A DNA stretch of 64,000 nt, from the NCBI GenBank assembly GCA_963666205.1, contig OY762654.1:288001-352000 (forward strand), given 5' to 3'. How positions within the stretch are numbered: the stretch's first letter is position 1; each line of letters begins with the position of its first letter. The translations under genes were made by a program, and so were the position numbers. The DNA comes from Synergistales bacterium (lineage in GTDB: Bacteria; Synergistota; Synergistia; Synergistales; JAFGMB01). Under the pieces are notes generated by a model. That model saw only the letters and a list, made by a program, of their open reading frames with translations, made no database searches and was not told where the DNA came from. Of the stretch, positions 39,998 through 51,490 are shown piece after piece.

Positions 39998-40933
39998 TTA
40001 TTTTTTCCCCTTTAGCGCCATGAACTTCATTATCATTAACTCAAGGGCTATCCAGCCTCTGGAATTATTAGTTTTTTCCCTGTAGTCCAGGGTTATGATA
40101 TCAGCCGAAAATTGAATCACATCCTCAGGACTGTATCTTTTCAAGGCCTCAATGGCCATTTTAAACTGATAGTCTCTAAAACAAAGTGCTTTCTGCACTT
40201 TGTTTGTTCCATATTGCCTAAAGGAAAGTATCAGTGATGCTATTCTAATCCGATTGTATAAAGCAGATAAGACAGGGATAATTTCATATTTCGTTTTAAT
40301 GCACTCCAGTGCACTTATAACTGTACCCACTTTACCTAGACAGATTCCATCCATCAGATCAAGCAATGCATTCTTACCCTCATCAAGGGTAAGTTCTCTT
40401 ACGAGATCTACGGAAACCTCAGCACCATCTGAAGCAAGAGCAAGTTTTTCCATTTCAGAGAGGACTTCTTCTGAATCGGCAACATTATCTATTAGGAGCA
40501 TCACTGCATCTTCATTAATGAGTATGTTGCGATTACGTGCTTCAGATTCCAACCACTCATATCGCTTGTTACGCCAAATGGGTACCTGCTGCGATCGTAT
40601 AATACGAAGGACAGGAATAACGGTTTTGGGAAAATACTTTTTGTAATCACTTGAATACACCAGAAGTAAAAAGGTAGAGGCCATATGGTCCACCTCTACC
40701 AGGTTTGTTAGTTGCTCCGGGAATTTGCCAAGTATTTCTGCTGATTCAACCCGAATGTATCCTCTGCTCGAGAAGAGACCTCGTGTTTGGACAGTAGAAA
40801 AAAGATCTTTCCATTCGCCACCTTCCTGGGTCCTTATGAGTTCAATTCCCTCGGACTCAAGAAGGGATGTGTGTTCAACAAGGAGTCTTCTTTGAGAAGC
40901 CTCCGGAGAACTTATTATCGTGATGCCCGGCAC
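39998..40933 (-). CDS. holA: DNA polymerase III delta subunit (divergent)
   Basis: GLFS, SEMEKLAL, size, and leuS-holA/rpsT synteny. Confidence 0.75.
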   Translation of the reverse strand: MPGITIISSPEASQRRLLVEHTSLLESEGIELIRTQEGGEWKDLFSTVQTRGLFSSRGYIRVESAEILGKFPEQLTNLVEVDHMASTFLLLVYSSDYKKYFPKTVIPVLRIIRSQQVPIWRNKRYEWLESEARNRNILINEDAVMLLIDNVADSEEVLSEMEKLALASDGAEVSVDLVRELTLDEGKNALLDLMDGICLGKVGTVISALECIKTKYEIIPVLSALYNRIRIASLILSFRQYGTNKVQKALCFRDYQFKMAIEALKRYSPEDVIQFSADIITLDYREKTNNSRGWIALELMIMKFMALKGKK

Positions 40934-43413
40934 TACTCTTTCACCACCACATTCACAAGTCTATCAGGTACCACTATAGTTTTTACTACTGATTTCCCTT
41001 CTATACGAGATGTTATACGTTCGTCAGAAAGGGCGATCTTCTCCTGTTCTTCCTTTGTAATACCGGCAGGAATTTCTATTTTAGCTCTAACCTTTCCATT
41101 CACTTGAACAACAATAGTCCTGGAATCAACAACAAGGGCATTTTCATCCACCACCGGCCATGAGCTGAGAGCAAGGATTGAGGAGTGACCTAGCATTTCC
41201 CACAGTTCTTCGCAGATATGTGGACTGAATGGACTTAAGCACTTAAGAAGGACTTCCACTCCTTCTCTCACTATGATCCAATCTTCCCTGGTGCTGGAAT
41301 TATATGAAGAGAGGGCATTCATAAGTTCCATAAGCCTTGCAACAGCTGTATTAAACTGTTTTTCTACAAGAATATCTCTGGTTACGCTCCTGATAGTATT
41401 ATGAATGATCCTCTTTAGATCCCTGGAGATCTTGCCAGTAAGATCTGACATGGAGATAGTGCCACTGGTCGTTTTAAGATCCTCTATATTTCCGGAGATG
41501 AACCTCCAAACCCTTCCTAGAAAGCGATGTGCACCCTCTACTCCTTGTTCAGACCAGTCAAGATCCTTATCAGGAGGAGAAGCAAAAAGGATAAATAGTC
41601 TAGCGGTATCGGCTCCATATTTGTTGATGATCTCATCGGGATCAACGACATTGCCAAGAGACTTGGACATCTTGGCCCCATCCTTGATCACCATTCCCTG
41701 TGTCAATAGATTAGAGAAGGGCTCACGAGTTTCTGACAACCCAAGATCAGCAAAGAATTTAGTAAAGAACCTGGCGTATATGAGATGGAGACAGGCATGT
41801 TCAATACCCCCGATATATTGATCCACGGGCATCCAGTAATTCGCGTCATTCTTTTCAAATGGTAATTCCCGGCACCAGGGTGAAGTAAAACGGAACTGGT
41901 ACCATGAAGAACATATAAACGTATCCATAGTATCAGCTTCTCTGGTAGCCTGGCCTCCACAAACAGGACATGTAGTATTAAGCCAGGCCTCTGCTTCAGC
42001 TAAAGGAGATGAACCTCCTGCCTTGAACTCAACATCTGTTGGAAGAAGAACAGGAAGATCCTTTTCAGGGATAGGTACAACACCACAACTTTCACAATAA
42101 ACGACAGGAATAGGTGCTCCCCAATACCTCTGTCGAGAGATAAGCCAGTCTCGTAGTCTGAAATTAACTTCTTTAGAACAGAAACCCCTTTCACAACCCC
42201 AGTCTATCATTTTCTCAATGGCTTCCTGAGTTGGTGTCCCATCAAAGGATCCTGAGTTTACAGTATATCCGTTACCTTCAAAGGCACATTGCATAGTATC
42301 ACCTTCAAGCTGCTGTTCAGCAGGTTGAATGACTACCCTGACTGGAATATTGTATTTACGGGCAAATTCAAAATCTCTCTGGTCATGGGCCGGTACTCCC
42401 ATAATAGCCCCTGTCCCGTAATCCATTAGAATATAGTTGGCTATCCAGATAGGCGACCGTTCTCCATTGACAGGATTAATTCCATATGCCCCGGTAAAAA
42501 TGCCTTCTTTCTCACCGCCTACGGCAGTTCTTTCAATTGAACTCTGTTTAATGCATCTTGAGACAAATTCCGAAAGTTCATCTTTCCTGTCTGAAACTTC
42601 CATTATTCTGCTTACTAATGGATGCTCCGGCGCAAGGGCCATGAAGGTCACACCAAAGATTGTGTCAAATCTTGTTGTAAAGGTTTCAAGGTCATAGTCA
42701 AGATCTTCAACTTTGAAGGAGAGCCTTGCACCTTCTGAACGTCCTATCCAGTTACGTTGCATTGTCCTGACACGGTCTGGCCAACCATCCAGATCCTCAA
42801 GACAATCGAGAAGTTCCTGGGCATAGTCAGTAATTCTGAGGAACCATTGCTCAAGGTTCCTCTTTATCACTGAAGTCCCGCATCTCCAGCAATGCCCGTC
42901 ATTTATAACCTGTTCATTGGCAAGAACAGTCTGACAGCTTTCGCACCAGTTGACAGGAGCCTTACTTCTATAGGCAAGGCCTTTCTCTAGGAATTTAAGG
43001 AAGATCCATTGGGTCCACTTATAATAATCCGGGTTGCAAGTCTCTACCCTTCTTCTCCAGTCATAACTGCAGCCCATTCTCTTAAGCTGTTCCGTCATGT
43101 GTTCTATGTTATCCCAGGTCCATTTATGTGGGTGAACTCCATATTTAATGGCAGCATTTTCTGCTGGCATTCCAAAACTGTCAAAACCCATCGGATGAAG
43201 CACATTAAAACCATTCATCCATAAAAATCTGGAAAACATATCCCCTATTGAATAATTACGCAAATGTCCCATGTGAAGGGCTCCACTCGGATAAGGAAAC
43301 ATTTCCAGGCAGTAGAATTTATTCTTTGACTCATCTGTATCTACATGGAAAGTGCCATTTACTTCCCAATAATGCTGCCATTTTTTCTCAATGCTTTGGA
43401 AATCATATTGCAT
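40933..43413 (-). CDS. leuS: Leucine--tRNA ligase
   Basis: [29 protein letters not shown]. Confidence 0.98.
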   Translation of the reverse strand: MQYDFQSIEKKWQHYWEVNGTFHVDTDESKNKFYCLEMFPYPSGALHMGHLRNYSIGDMFSRFLWMNGFNVLHPMGFDSFGMPAENAAIKYGVHPHKWTWDNIEHMTEQLKRMGCSYDWRRRVETCNPDYYKWTQWIFLKFLEKGLAYRSKAPVNWCESCQTVLANEQVINDGHCWRCGTSVIKRNLEQWFLRITDYAQELLDCLEDLDGWPDRVRTMQRNWIGRSEGARLSFKVEDLDYDLETFTTRFDTIFGVTFMALAPEHPLVSRIMEVSDRKDELSEFVSRCIKQSSIERTAVGGEKEGIFTGAYGINPVNGERSPIWIANYILMDYGTGAIMGVPAHDQRDFEFARKYNIPVRVVIQPAEQQLEGDTMQCAFEGNGYTVNSGSFDGTPTQEAIEKMIDWGCERGFCSKEVNFRLRDWLISRQRYWGAPIPVVYCESCGVVPIPEKDLPVLLPTDVEFKAGGSSPLAEAEAWLNTTCPVCGGQATREADTMDTFICSSWYQFRFTSPWCRELPFEKNDANYWMPVDQYIGGIEHACLHLIYARFFTKFFADLGLSETREPFSNLLTQGMVIKDGAKMSKSLGNVVDPDEIINKYGADTARLFILFASPPDKDLDWSEQGVEGAHRFLGRVWRFISGNIEDLKTTSGTISMSDLTGKISRDLKRIIHNTIRSVTRDILVEKQFNTAVARLMELMNALSSYNSSTREDWIIVREGVEVLLKCLSPFSPHICEELWEMLGHSSILALSSWPVVDENALVVDSRTIVVQVNGKVRAKIEIPAGITKEEQEKIALSDERITSRIEGKSVVKTIVVPDRLVNVVVKE

Positions 43414-43460
43414 ATGGTTTTACCCCCCAGCTAAAAATAAGGAAAAAATCACATTGATAG

Positions 43461-43489
43461 ATTATAGCCCTGATGACCCGGACATGCAA
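43461..43489 (-). promoter_or_regulatory. leuS promoter
   Basis: TTGCAT-N17-TATAAT; short leader with no T-box. Confidence 0.7.
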
Positions 43490-43516
43490 AAGGGCGGAGA
43501 TCGAATTCCGCCCTTG
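43488..43516 (-). terminator. Terminator after SPFH gene
   Basis: AAGGGCGGA...TCCGCCCTTTT. Confidence 0.65.
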
Positions 43517-43546
43517 GTAATATTACAACATTATAGGGGAAAGAAT

Positions 43547-44341
43547 CTATTCCTGTTTCTGTCTTTTTTCAAGAAGTTTGAGAAATGGAGTAAAAAGATC
43601 CATAGGTATCGGGAAAAGGGTGGTAGAATTTTTATCAGCCGAGACCTCGACAAGGGTCTGTAGATATCTCAGTTGAAGTGTAACTGGAGATACCTCCATT
43701 TTCTGCGCGGCCTGGGTTAGTTTTTCAGCTGCCTGAAGTTCGCCCTGAGCTGCAATTATTTTGGCCCTTCTTTCCCTTTCTGCCTCTGCCTGTCTTGCCA
43801 TTGCTCTTTTCATGCCCTCAGGAAGTTCCAGTTCTTTAACTTCCACTGCACTTACCTTTATGCCCCATGGATCAGTTCTTTCGTCTATGATAACCTGAAG
43901 TTCCTTATTGATCTTATCTCTTTCCGAAAGCACCTCATCCAGTTCCGCCTGTCCAATTACAGAACGCAAGGTTGTCTGAGAAAGCTGACTTGTAGCCATC
44001 ATATAGTTTTCAACCTCTACCACAGAATTTGCCGGATCCATTACTCTAAAATATAGGACAGCATTAACTTTGATAGGCACATTATCCTTGGTAATAACTT
44101 CCTGGACAGGAACGTCCAGGGTCACTACTCTCAGGTCAACTCTCACAATCCTGTCAATTATCGGCACTACTATCACCAATCCGGGACCTTTTGAACCAAC
44201 AAGTTTCCCAAGTCTGAAAACAACAACCCTCTGATATTCAGGTACGATTTTGATAGCTGCAAGGATAAGCAGCACTACAATGATAATCGCACCAAAAGAA
44301 CTGCCTAGACTGAAAATAAGATCAAACAGGGTTCCCATCAT
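43547..44341 (-). CDS. SPFH/band 7 (slipin, stomatin-like) protein
   Basis: VPEYQRVVVFRLG, QTTLRSVIG, AEAERERRAK, LQLRYLQTL. Confidence 0.93.
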   Translation of the reverse strand: MMGTLFDLIFSLGSSFGAIIIVVLLILAAIKIVPEYQRVVVFRLGKLVGSKGPGLVIVVPIIDRIVRVDLRVVTLDVPVQEVITKDNVPIKVNAVLYFRVMDPANSVVEVENYMMATSQLSQTTLRSVIGQAELDEVLSERDKINKELQVIIDERTDPWGIKVSAVEVKELELPEGMKRAMARQAEAERERRAKIIAAQGELQAAEKLTQAAQKMEVSPVTLQLRYLQTLVEVSADKNSTTLFPIPMDLFTPFLKLLEKRQKQE

Positions 44342-45698
44342 TTTTCAGCACCTCCTTTTTTTCTTCCTTTCCATCCAAAGGTTCAACAAGAAGTACAAGT
44401 CCTTCTATTCTGACTACTCTGGTCTGTGTGCCTTTCTTCATGCTTAGATCCCCTTTTATTCTGGCTTTCCATATTTCTCCATGGCAACTTACCATGCCCT
44501 CCGGTTCAAGATCTTCGATTACTTGTGCAAAGCTCCCTACAAGACCTTCTCTACCTGAAGATGCTTTGGTACGCATAGTCCGTAGAATAAGAGTAATAGC
44601 GAGAAGGAAAAAGATGGAAATCGCTATAACAACACCAACGATTACGTTCAAGGAAACATTCAAGAGTTCACCCCCCGGAGCCCTGAAGACTATAAGGGAA
44701 CCAATGATCAGGGCTGCCATCCCGAAAAGACTCAGGATTCCTATACCACCGACAAAGAGATCCAGGACCATAACTGCAATCCCAGCAAGGAGAAGTATTA
44801 TCCCTGCTCCATTCACCGGGAGCATTCTTAGACCATATGCACCTAGCAGAACCATTACTGCTCCTGCTACTCCCATTACAAATCCTCCAGGTGAAAGCAC
44901 TTCAAAGATTATGGCGTAGATACCAACCATTAACATAAGATAAGCTACTGTTGGACTGGATATGAACTGGAGCACTTTTTCTCTTGGTGTCATTTCCACT
45001 CTTTTCAGTTCATAGCCTGCGGTAGAAAGAATCCGCTTTTCCCCCGCGACAAGAATAGATCTACCTTCAACCCTTTTCAGAAGGGTTCCCAAATCAGATT
45101 CAATTATGTCGATCACTCTTGCATCAAAAGCTTCCTCTGCTGTCAGGGATATACTTTCTGTTACCATCTTACTGCATTGTTCACTATCTCTTCCGTGTAA
45201 CTGGGCTAGGGATCTGATCTGAGCAGCCAGATCATTTGTTATCTTTTTATTCATTTCTTCACTTGGGACATCCCCTCCAGAAGCCTGAACAGGATGCGCC
45301 GCACCTATATTAGTACCAGGGGCCATGGCCGCAATAGAAGCAGCCTGAACAATGAATGCCCCGGCTGAAGCAGCCCTGGAGCCCCGTGGCGATACCCATA
45401 CGATTATCGGGATGGGAGAATCCAGTATTAAATTTGTAATACTTCTCATTGAAGTAACAAGACCGCCAGGAGTATCCAACTGGAAAAGTATGAGCGATGC
45501 TTTCTCTTCGATACCCTGCTCAAGTATTTTATTTATATAGTTTTCCATGGATATCCCCACTACCCCGCTCAGTTCAGTAGATAGAACCAGGTGGGTTGCC
45601 CCATCAATCTCTGAGGAAGATACAACCATGGGAGAAAAGTTCATATAAAAGGTTAATACTACTGTAAGCAGGAACATCTTTTGAATGAATCTTTTCAT
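44322..45698 (-). CDS. NfeD-family membrane-bound serine protease (long form)
   Basis: LDTPGGL, RAASAG, IGAAHPV ClpP-like domain, TM region, GEIWKA OB fold. Confidence 0.92.
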   Translation of the reverse strand: MKRFIQKMFLLTVVLTFYMNFSPMVVSSSEIDGATHLVLSTELSGVVGISMENYINKILEQGIEEKASLILFQLDTPGGLVTSMRSITNLILDSPIPIIVWVSPRGSRAASAGAFIVQAASIAAMAPGTNIGAAHPVQASGGDVPSEEMNKKITNDLAAQIRSLAQLHGRDSEQCSKMVTESISLTAEEAFDARVIDIIESDLGTLLKRVEGRSILVAGEKRILSTAGYELKRVEMTPREKVLQFISSPTVAYLMLMVGIYAIIFEVLSPGGFVMGVAGAVMVLLGAYGLRMLPVNGAGIILLLAGIAVMVLDLFVGGIGILSLFGMAALIIGSLIVFRAPGGELLNVSLNVIVGVVIAISIFFLLAITLILRTMRTKASSGREGLVGSFAQVIEDLEPEGMVSCHGEIWKARIKGDLSMKKGTQTRVVRIEGLVLLVEPLDGKEEKKEVLKNDGNPV

Positions 45699-47029
45699 TT
45701 TCGAAGCACCTCCAAAAAGTCATGAAGGTTACGGACCCTTATTATTTCTATATCATTAATTTCAACGATTTGCTCAAGAGAGCTGACTAATACTTTTTTA
45801 AATCCAAGTCTTTCCGCTTCCTTCACTCGGGGCATAAGTCGTGAGACAGGTCTGATCTCACCTGCCAGGCCTACTTCGCCAATGAAACAGCAATCCGAAG
45901 GGAGAACAATGTCCATGATGGAAGAAGCCAGAGAAGCTACAATTGCAAGATCTGCTCCTGGTTCTCTGATCACCATTCCACCTGTAACATTGCAATAGAT
46001 ATCCTGATTAAAAGAAGAGATTCCGCACCTTTTATCAAGAACTGCTGTAAGAAGATATATTTTACTGAGATCAATACCATAGGATGCTCTTTTAGGATAA
46101 GGAAACGATGTTTTGCATGACAGGCTCTGAATCTCCACTATAAGGGGAACCGAACCCTCCAGAAGCACAGACATGGCAACACCTGAGACACTTGAATCAG
46201 TTTTGTTCCAGTAAAGCCTGCTTGGGTCCTGGACAGGAACAAGACCTCCACCAGACATTTCGAATATGCCCAGTTCATCAGTATTACCAAATCTATTTTT
46301 TACAGCCCTTATCATCCTGTAGGAGGATGTTTTATCTCCCGAAAACCCCAGGACTGTATCTACCATGTGTTCCAGAAGCATAGGCCCCGCTATTCGGCCT
46401 TCCTTTGTTATATGCCCTATAAGCACCATGGGTATGGAATTTGCCTTCGCTGTTTCAACACAAAGCTGGCTCACTGCCCTGACCTGGGTAGGACTTCCAG
46501 GCCAGGAGTTCTCCGCTTCAGATTTTACTGCCTGGACACTGTCAAGGACGATAAGCCCATAATCCAGAACATCTGACAAGAGAGATTCGATAACATTCCC
46601 GCATGAGAGATGAAGATCCTCGTGGATAAGCCCAAGTCTACGGGCTCTCAGCGCGATCTGTGAAGGAGATTCCTCCCCGGACAGGTAAAGGGTTCTTATA
46701 CCGGAAGAAGCCATATGGCCACATACCTGAAGAAGAAGGGTCGATTTACCGATACCAGGTTCTCCTCCTATAAGAACTACTCCACCATTTACAAAACCAC
46801 CTCCCAGAACACGGTCAAGTTCAATTACCCCGGAAGAGGATCTGCCAGGAGATTCGACTTTCATGAGGGAAACAGGGATAGCCTGGTCACTCGTGCTTCC
46901 GGATCTTACAGAACTTTCCTTTTTCAGGAGAGTTCCCCATCCCTGACAGTTGGGACATCTTCCGGTCCAGGCGAAGTTCGTGTAACCACATTCACTACAC
47001 TCAAATACATTTCTTGTTTTGTTTGACAT
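45695..47029 (-). CDS. radA: DNA repair protein RadA/Sms
   Basis: CSECG..CPNC Zn finger, GEPGIGKST, KNRFG, GEVGLAGE. Confidence 0.97.
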   Translation of the reverse strand: MSNKTRNVFECSECGYTNFAWTGRCPNCQGWGTLLKKESSVRSGSTSDQAIPVSLMKVESPGRSSSGVIELDRVLGGGFVNGGVVLIGGEPGIGKSTLLLQVCGHMASSGIRTLYLSGEESPSQIALRARRLGLIHEDLHLSCGNVIESLLSDVLDYGLIVLDSVQAVKSEAENSWPGSPTQVRAVSQLCVETAKANSIPMVLIGHITKEGRIAGPMLLEHMVDTVLGFSGDKTSSYRMIRAVKNRFGNTDELGIFEMSGGGLVPVQDPSRLYWNKTDSSVSGVAMSVLLEGSVPLIVEIQSLSCKTSFPYPKRASYGIDLSKIYLLTAVLDKRCGISSFNQDIYCNVTGGMVIREPGADLAIVASLASSIMDIVLPSDCCFIGEVGLAGEIRPVSRLMPRVKEAERLGFKKVLVSSLEQIVEINDIEIIRVRNLHDFLEVLRK

Positions 47030-47213
47030 TTATCCTCCATGTCAGAGTTGGTTTTTACGTAATAATCAATATCACTACTTAACTCTTTAACTAAACAGAT
47101 TGTAACTTTTTATTTTTTTCTTGTCGAGTACTTTACAGGTTTTCATATGAATGTTATTATGCCTTTCTATGAAAGCGCTACGCTATCGTTTCATTCCGAT
47201 GAAGGAGAAAACA

Positions 47214-48479
47214 ATGATCTATTTAAAAAAACCGAAAACCATCGAACATGACATAAAAGATTATGCCAGGAAGAAAGCTTCAGAAATAATCCAACGGATA
47301 AGAAATGAGGGCGAAAATGCCCTCATGGAAATATCTCATTCCCTTGATGGATATGAGGGAGATCTTAGAGTCAATGAAGAGGATATCCTAACGGCTATGA
47401 ACTGCATGGATGAGGAATTGAGACATTCTATTAATAGAGCCATAGATAACGTCAGGACATTCCACCATAACCAACGATCCCTGTTCAGGGATCAGGAATG
47501 GGAAATTGGTCCGGGTATAAGAGCAGGATTGCGATTTCTCCCTGTTCAGAACGTTGCCGTTTATATCCCAGGGGGAAGATATCCGTTACCCAGTTCCGCG
47601 ATCATGGGAATCATTCCAGCCCAGGAAGCAGGCGTTAAACGGATAGTTGCAGTTACTCCGCCCTCAGGTCAGAATGGTATAAACCCTGTAATACTTGGTA
47701 CAGCTGGACTTCTGGGAATTCGTGAGATATGGAAGATAGGAGGAGCTCAAGCCATTGCTGCTCTGGCCCTGGGTATTGGTGATATAGAAAAAGTCGATAT
47801 GATCGTGGGACCTGGAAATGCATTTGTTACTGAGGCTAAAAGAATCTTGTACGGAGAAATCGGCATAGATGGGCTGGCAGGTCCGAGTGAGATCCTCATA
47901 ATTGCAGATCAATATGCCTCGCCTTCAAGATTAGCTGCGGATCTTATGGCTCAGGCAGAGCATGATCCCATGGCTAAAAGCACTTTAATCTGTTCTGACA
48001 AGGTGATTGCAGAGAATACCTATTTTCTCGTCAATGATCTGATAAAAGAACTCCCTACTGGTGAAATAGCTGGTAGTTCATGGGAGATAAATGGCAGCAT
48101 TATTTATGCTTCTTTGGAAGAAGCAATAGAAACGGCCAACCACATGGCACCCGAACATCTTCAACTCTATGTAAAAGATCCTGGTGCAATGCTGGAACGA
48201 TGTAATGCATACGGAGCAGCATTTCTCGGGGGCTCAACATGTGTCCCATTTGGTGATTATATAGCAGGAACCAATCATACTCTACCTACGGAAGGAAGGG
48301 CAAAGTTCTGCGGAGGACTCTGGACCGGGACCTTTCTCCGTCCCCTGACTCACCTGAAGCTGGATAAAGAAGGTGCATGCAGTCTGGCACCTCAAGGTAT
48401 AAAGATTGCTTCTACAGAAGGACTTTCAGCACATGCAAGGTCCATGAAGCTCAGAGAAAAATGTGGGAACAATGAGTAG
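47214..48479 (+). CDS. hisD: Histidinol dehydrogenase
   Basis: YIPGG, GGAQAIAALA, GPGNAFV, AGPSE, AQAEHD, APEHL; ATG 47214 after AAGGAG. Confidence 0.95.
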   Translation: MIYLKKPKTIEHDIKDYARKKASEIIQRIRNEGENALMEISHSLDGYEGDLRVNEEDILTAMNCMDEELRHSINRAIDNVRTFHHNQRSLFRDQEWEIGPGIRAGLRFLPVQNVAVYIPGGRYPLPSSAIMGIIPAQEAGVKRIVAVTPPSGQNGINPVILGTAGLLGIREIWKIGGAQAIAALALGIGDIEKVDMIVGPGNAFVTEAKRILYGEIGIDGLAGPSEILIIADQYASPSRLAADLMAQAEHDPMAKSTLICSDKVIAENTYFLVNDLIKELPTGEIAGSSWEINGSIIYASLEEAIETANHMAPEHLQLYVKDPGAMLERCNAYGAAFLGGSTCVPFGDYIAGTNHTLPTEGRAKFCGGLWTGTFLRPLTHLKLDKEGACSLAPQGIKIASTEGLSAHARSMKLREKCGNNE

Positions 48480-49677
48480 ACTTCCAAAGGGATGTACCAA
48501 TGTAGGAGGTAATATTGCCTCAGCGATGGAAAAATGCAGGGAACTCTTTATTTCTTCATTTGGTGCTTTTGGTTATAAACCATTCTGGCCCTCCGCTCTT
48601 CAACTCCTGGAGACAGCCTGGGACAGACTACCTGAAAGTATCAGGACAAGACTTATGACTATATCAACTCCTTTTGGGGAACCCTGTTGTTTAAGAGCTG
48701 ATATCACTCTGGCTGCTGTGGCATATCTTTCAGCCCATCATTCTCCGGAAGAAAGACCCTTAAGGCTATGTTATTCAGACAGAGTTTACAAGACACCTCA
48801 ACGACCAGAAACGTATCTGGAAAGTTTTCAGATAGGAGCTGAATTGCTGGGGTGGGAAGGAGAAGGAGCTGACATAGAGGTTCTAAATCTTCTCCTCAAA
48901 ACCATGGATAAAATGGGCCTTGATGATACACACCTTGTTCTGGGAGATGTTAAGATCGTTCAGAAAGCCATGGAACCAATTCCTTCACAGCTCGCCCAAC
49001 AGTTGATATCCAGCCTTGAAAAAGGCTCATATTCCACATATTTCAAGATATTGGAGAAATCTTCAGTTCCCCAGTCAATACTTCCATTTCTAAAGGCTCT
49101 TCCTGATCTTAAAGGAGATTCTCAGGTTCTAGCAAGAACTGAGATTCTTTTAGGGTCGAATGACTGTTTAAAGTCTCTTAAAGAAATTGAGAAAGCCATG
49201 AGATATCTTGGATATGGTAATAGAATCCGATTTGACCTGGCCCTTGCCAGAGAACTTAATTATTATAGCGGACCAATATTTGACATCTATTCTTCCAGAT
49301 TGGGAAAACCTCTTGGTGGAGGTGGTCGTTACGATGGCCTCCTTTTTAAATACGGTATTTTTGGACAGGCCATAGGATTTGCGCTGGATCTCGAATCTAC
49401 TGCTTCAATCTCCAGATTCAAAGGATCGAGCCCTAATACTATTATGGTCTGGCCTGGAGGGTTATCTCCAGCCGAAGCGATAATCAAAGCTGAATCCCTC
49501 ATTGACAGTAATATTCATGTTGAAATCAGTTGGTCAGCTGATAGGAAAGAATCCTTTCAACTCACAAGGATGAGAGATATTACCTGGTGGATAGATCTTT
49601 TAAATGATATAGCTATAAATACAAGCAATAATGAGGAGTATTCCATACAAACCTGGATCGAGGAATCTAAATGTTAA
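48472..49677 (+). CDS. hisZ: ATP phosphoribosyltransferase regulatory subunit
   Basis: LRADIT, RPLRLCY, FQIGAEL, YYSG, GGGRYD; precedes short hisG. Confidence 0.9.
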   Translation: MSRLPKGCTNVGGNIASAMEKCRELFISSFGAFGYKPFWPSALQLLETAWDRLPESIRTRLMTISTPFGEPCCLRADITLAAVAYLSAHHSPEERPLRLCYSDRVYKTPQRPETYLESFQIGAELLGWEGEGADIEVLNLLLKTMDKMGLDDTHLVLGDVKIVQKAMEPIPSQLAQQLISSLEKGSYSTYFKILEKSSVPQSILPFLKALPDLKGDSQVLARTEILLGSNDCLKSLKEIEKAMRYLGYGNRIRFDLALARELNYYSGPIFDIYSSRLGKPLGGGGRYDGLLFKYGIFGQAIGFALDLESTASISRFKGSSPNTIMVWPGGLSPAEAIIKAESLIDSNIHVEISWSADRKESFQLTRMRDITWWIDLLNDIAINTSNNEEYSIQTWIEESKC

Positions 49678-50303
49678 CCGTGGCATTACCTACTGGAAGA
49701 GTAATGAATGAAGTTATAGAACTTCTGGATTCTATTGGACTTCCCACTGCAAAACTCAAAGATAGAGGGAGAAAACTTGTTCTTGAAGATCGGATTTACC
49801 GTTATATTCTTGCAAAACCTATGGATGTTCCTCTTTATGTTAATCACGGAGTTGCAGACCTGGCCCTTGTCGGAAGTGATGTAATGTGGGAAGCAGGTGC
49901 GTCACTCATTGAACTGTTAGATACTGGAATGGGTAAGTGCAGGATAGTCATTGCGGGTCCCAAGGAACTTGAATCTAGATTCATAGGACATGAATCAGAA
50001 TTGATGTGGCTTAAAGTCGCAACAAAATATCCGAATATAGCAGATTCACATTTTTCATCCAGGGGAGTCCAGGTAGAGATCATCCACCTTCATGGTTCAA
50101 TTGAACTTGCCCCAAGACTCGGACTTGGCGATTGCATCATGGATATAGTCCAGACTGGGAACACTCTGAACGCTAATAATCTGAAAGTGCTTGCAAATGT
50201 TGCACCAGTTTCTTTACGTCTCGTAGCCAGCCGAAAAAGCTCTGAATTCCACTGGGACGAGATATCGGATATCGTTAACAGAATCAGATCAATTGGAAGG
50301 TAG
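49671..50303 (+). CDS. hisG: ATP phosphoribosyltransferase (short form)
   Basis: VATKYP, GSIELAP, DIVQTGNTL. Confidence 0.95.
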   Translation: MLTVALPTGRVMNEVIELLDSIGLPTAKLKDRGRKLVLEDRIYRYILAKPMDVPLYVNHGVADLALVGSDVMWEAGASLIELLDTGMGKCRIVIAGPKELESRFIGHESELMWLKVATKYPNIADSHFSSRGVQVEIIHLHGSIELAPRLGLGDCIMDIVQTGNTLNANNLKVLANVAPVSLRLVASRKSSEFHWDEISDIVNRIRSIGR

Positions 50304-50312
50304 GTCTCAATC

Positions 50313-50879
50313 ATGACCATTGTTGTCGAAAGAGAAACCAAAGAAACAAGAATAAAGGTAAAACTCAATAAAGGAACAGAAAGATCGGACATTGAAGTTC
50401 CCTGCGGTTTCATAGCGCATATGCTGGATCTTTTCTCATTTCATGCGGGAATTTCACTTACAGTTGAAGGTAAGGGAGATATTCAAGTCGATTATCACCA
50501 TCTGGTTGAAGATCTCGGGATTGTAATTGGTCAATCTTTTCTCCAGCTATTTCGATCCGAAAACAATTCAAGGTATGGATGGAGTGTTATTCCTATGGAT
50601 GGAAGCCTGGTCATGACGTCCATTGATATAAGCGGAAGAGGGAAACTGGTCTGGAAGGTCAATTTCCCCACGCAAAGTTGTGGAGATTTCGATCTTGAGC
50701 TTATCCATGAATTCTGGGAAAGTTTCACTAGGGAATCCAGGGTTACTCTTCACGTTCAGGAGATCACTTCCGATAATTCTCATCATCTTGCAGAAGCTGT
50801 ATTTAAAAGTATCGGGAGAACACTCAAACAGGCTATCAGCTTATCTGAAACAACACAAAGTACAAAAGGTATGATCTAA
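50313..50879 (+). CDS. hisB: Imidazoleglycerol-phosphate dehydratase (monofunctional)
   Basis: RETKET, DYHHLVED, PMD, NSHHLAEA, STKG. Confidence 0.95.
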   Translation: MTIVVERETKETRIKVKLNKGTERSDIEVPCGFIAHMLDLFSFHAGISLTVEGKGDIQVDYHHLVEDLGIVIGQSFLQLFRSENNSRYGWSVIPMDGSLVMTSIDISGRGKLVWKVNFPTQSCGDFDLELIHEFWESFTRESRVTLHVQEITSDNSHHLAEAVFKSIGRTLKQAISLSETTQSTKGMI

Positions 50880-51490
50880 TGATCGGGATTGTTGATTACC
50901 AGGTAGGGAATGTTGGGAATGTGTTGAGGGCATTGAAGGTTCTGGATTTGGATGCTGGAGTGATCAGAAATCCACTGTTTGCTACAAAGGACACAGAAGC
51001 ACTTATCTTGCCCGGAGTTGGAGCCTTTGGGCCTGCTATGGAAAATCTCGAAAGAAGTGGCTGGGCGAACTTTCTTAAAACATGGAACAAGAAGGGACTT
51101 CCCATTCTAGGTATATGCCTGGGCATGCAGCTTATGTGTGATCAAAGTCTGGAAAATGGAGTTCATAAGGGTCTGGGATTTATCCAGGGCACTGTTAATT
51201 CCCTTGGAACACAGAAATTACCCCATATGGGATGGAATGATATCACGTGGAACGGAAGAACGCCCTTGCTTGCTTCTTCGGTTCCAGACAGGTCTTTCTT
51301 TTATTTCGTCCACAGTTTCGCTCTTTTTGAATCACCTGATACTGCGGCAACTACCAGAGTAGAAAACAGGGATTTCGTTTCAATTTTCGTTAAAGATAAT
51401 CTTGCCGGTTTCCAATTTCACCCCGAACGAAGTGGTCTCCATGGTCTGAGATTACTCGGAACAACTCTGTCTTATTTAATGGGTATATGA
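50879..51490 (+). CDS. hisH: Imidazole glycerol phosphate synthase glutaminase subunit
   Basis: LPGVGAF, GICLGMQ, PHMGWN, QFHPE. Confidence 0.96.
   Translation: MIGIVDYQVGNVGNVLRALKVLDLDAGVIRNPLFATKDTEALILPGVGAFGPAMENLERSGWANFLKTWNKKGLPILGICLGMQLMCDQSLENGVHKGLGFIQGTVNSLGTQKLPHMGWNDITWNGRTPLLASSVPDRSFFYFVHSFALFESPDTAATTRVENRDFVSIFVKDNLAGFQFHPERSGLHGLRLLGTTLSYLMGI

Noticed and set aside
47030-47213. His attenuator or T-box upstream of hisD
   Set aside because: No His-codon run, T-box motif or terminator; only a likely promoter (TTTACA-N17-TATTAT) and a short leader
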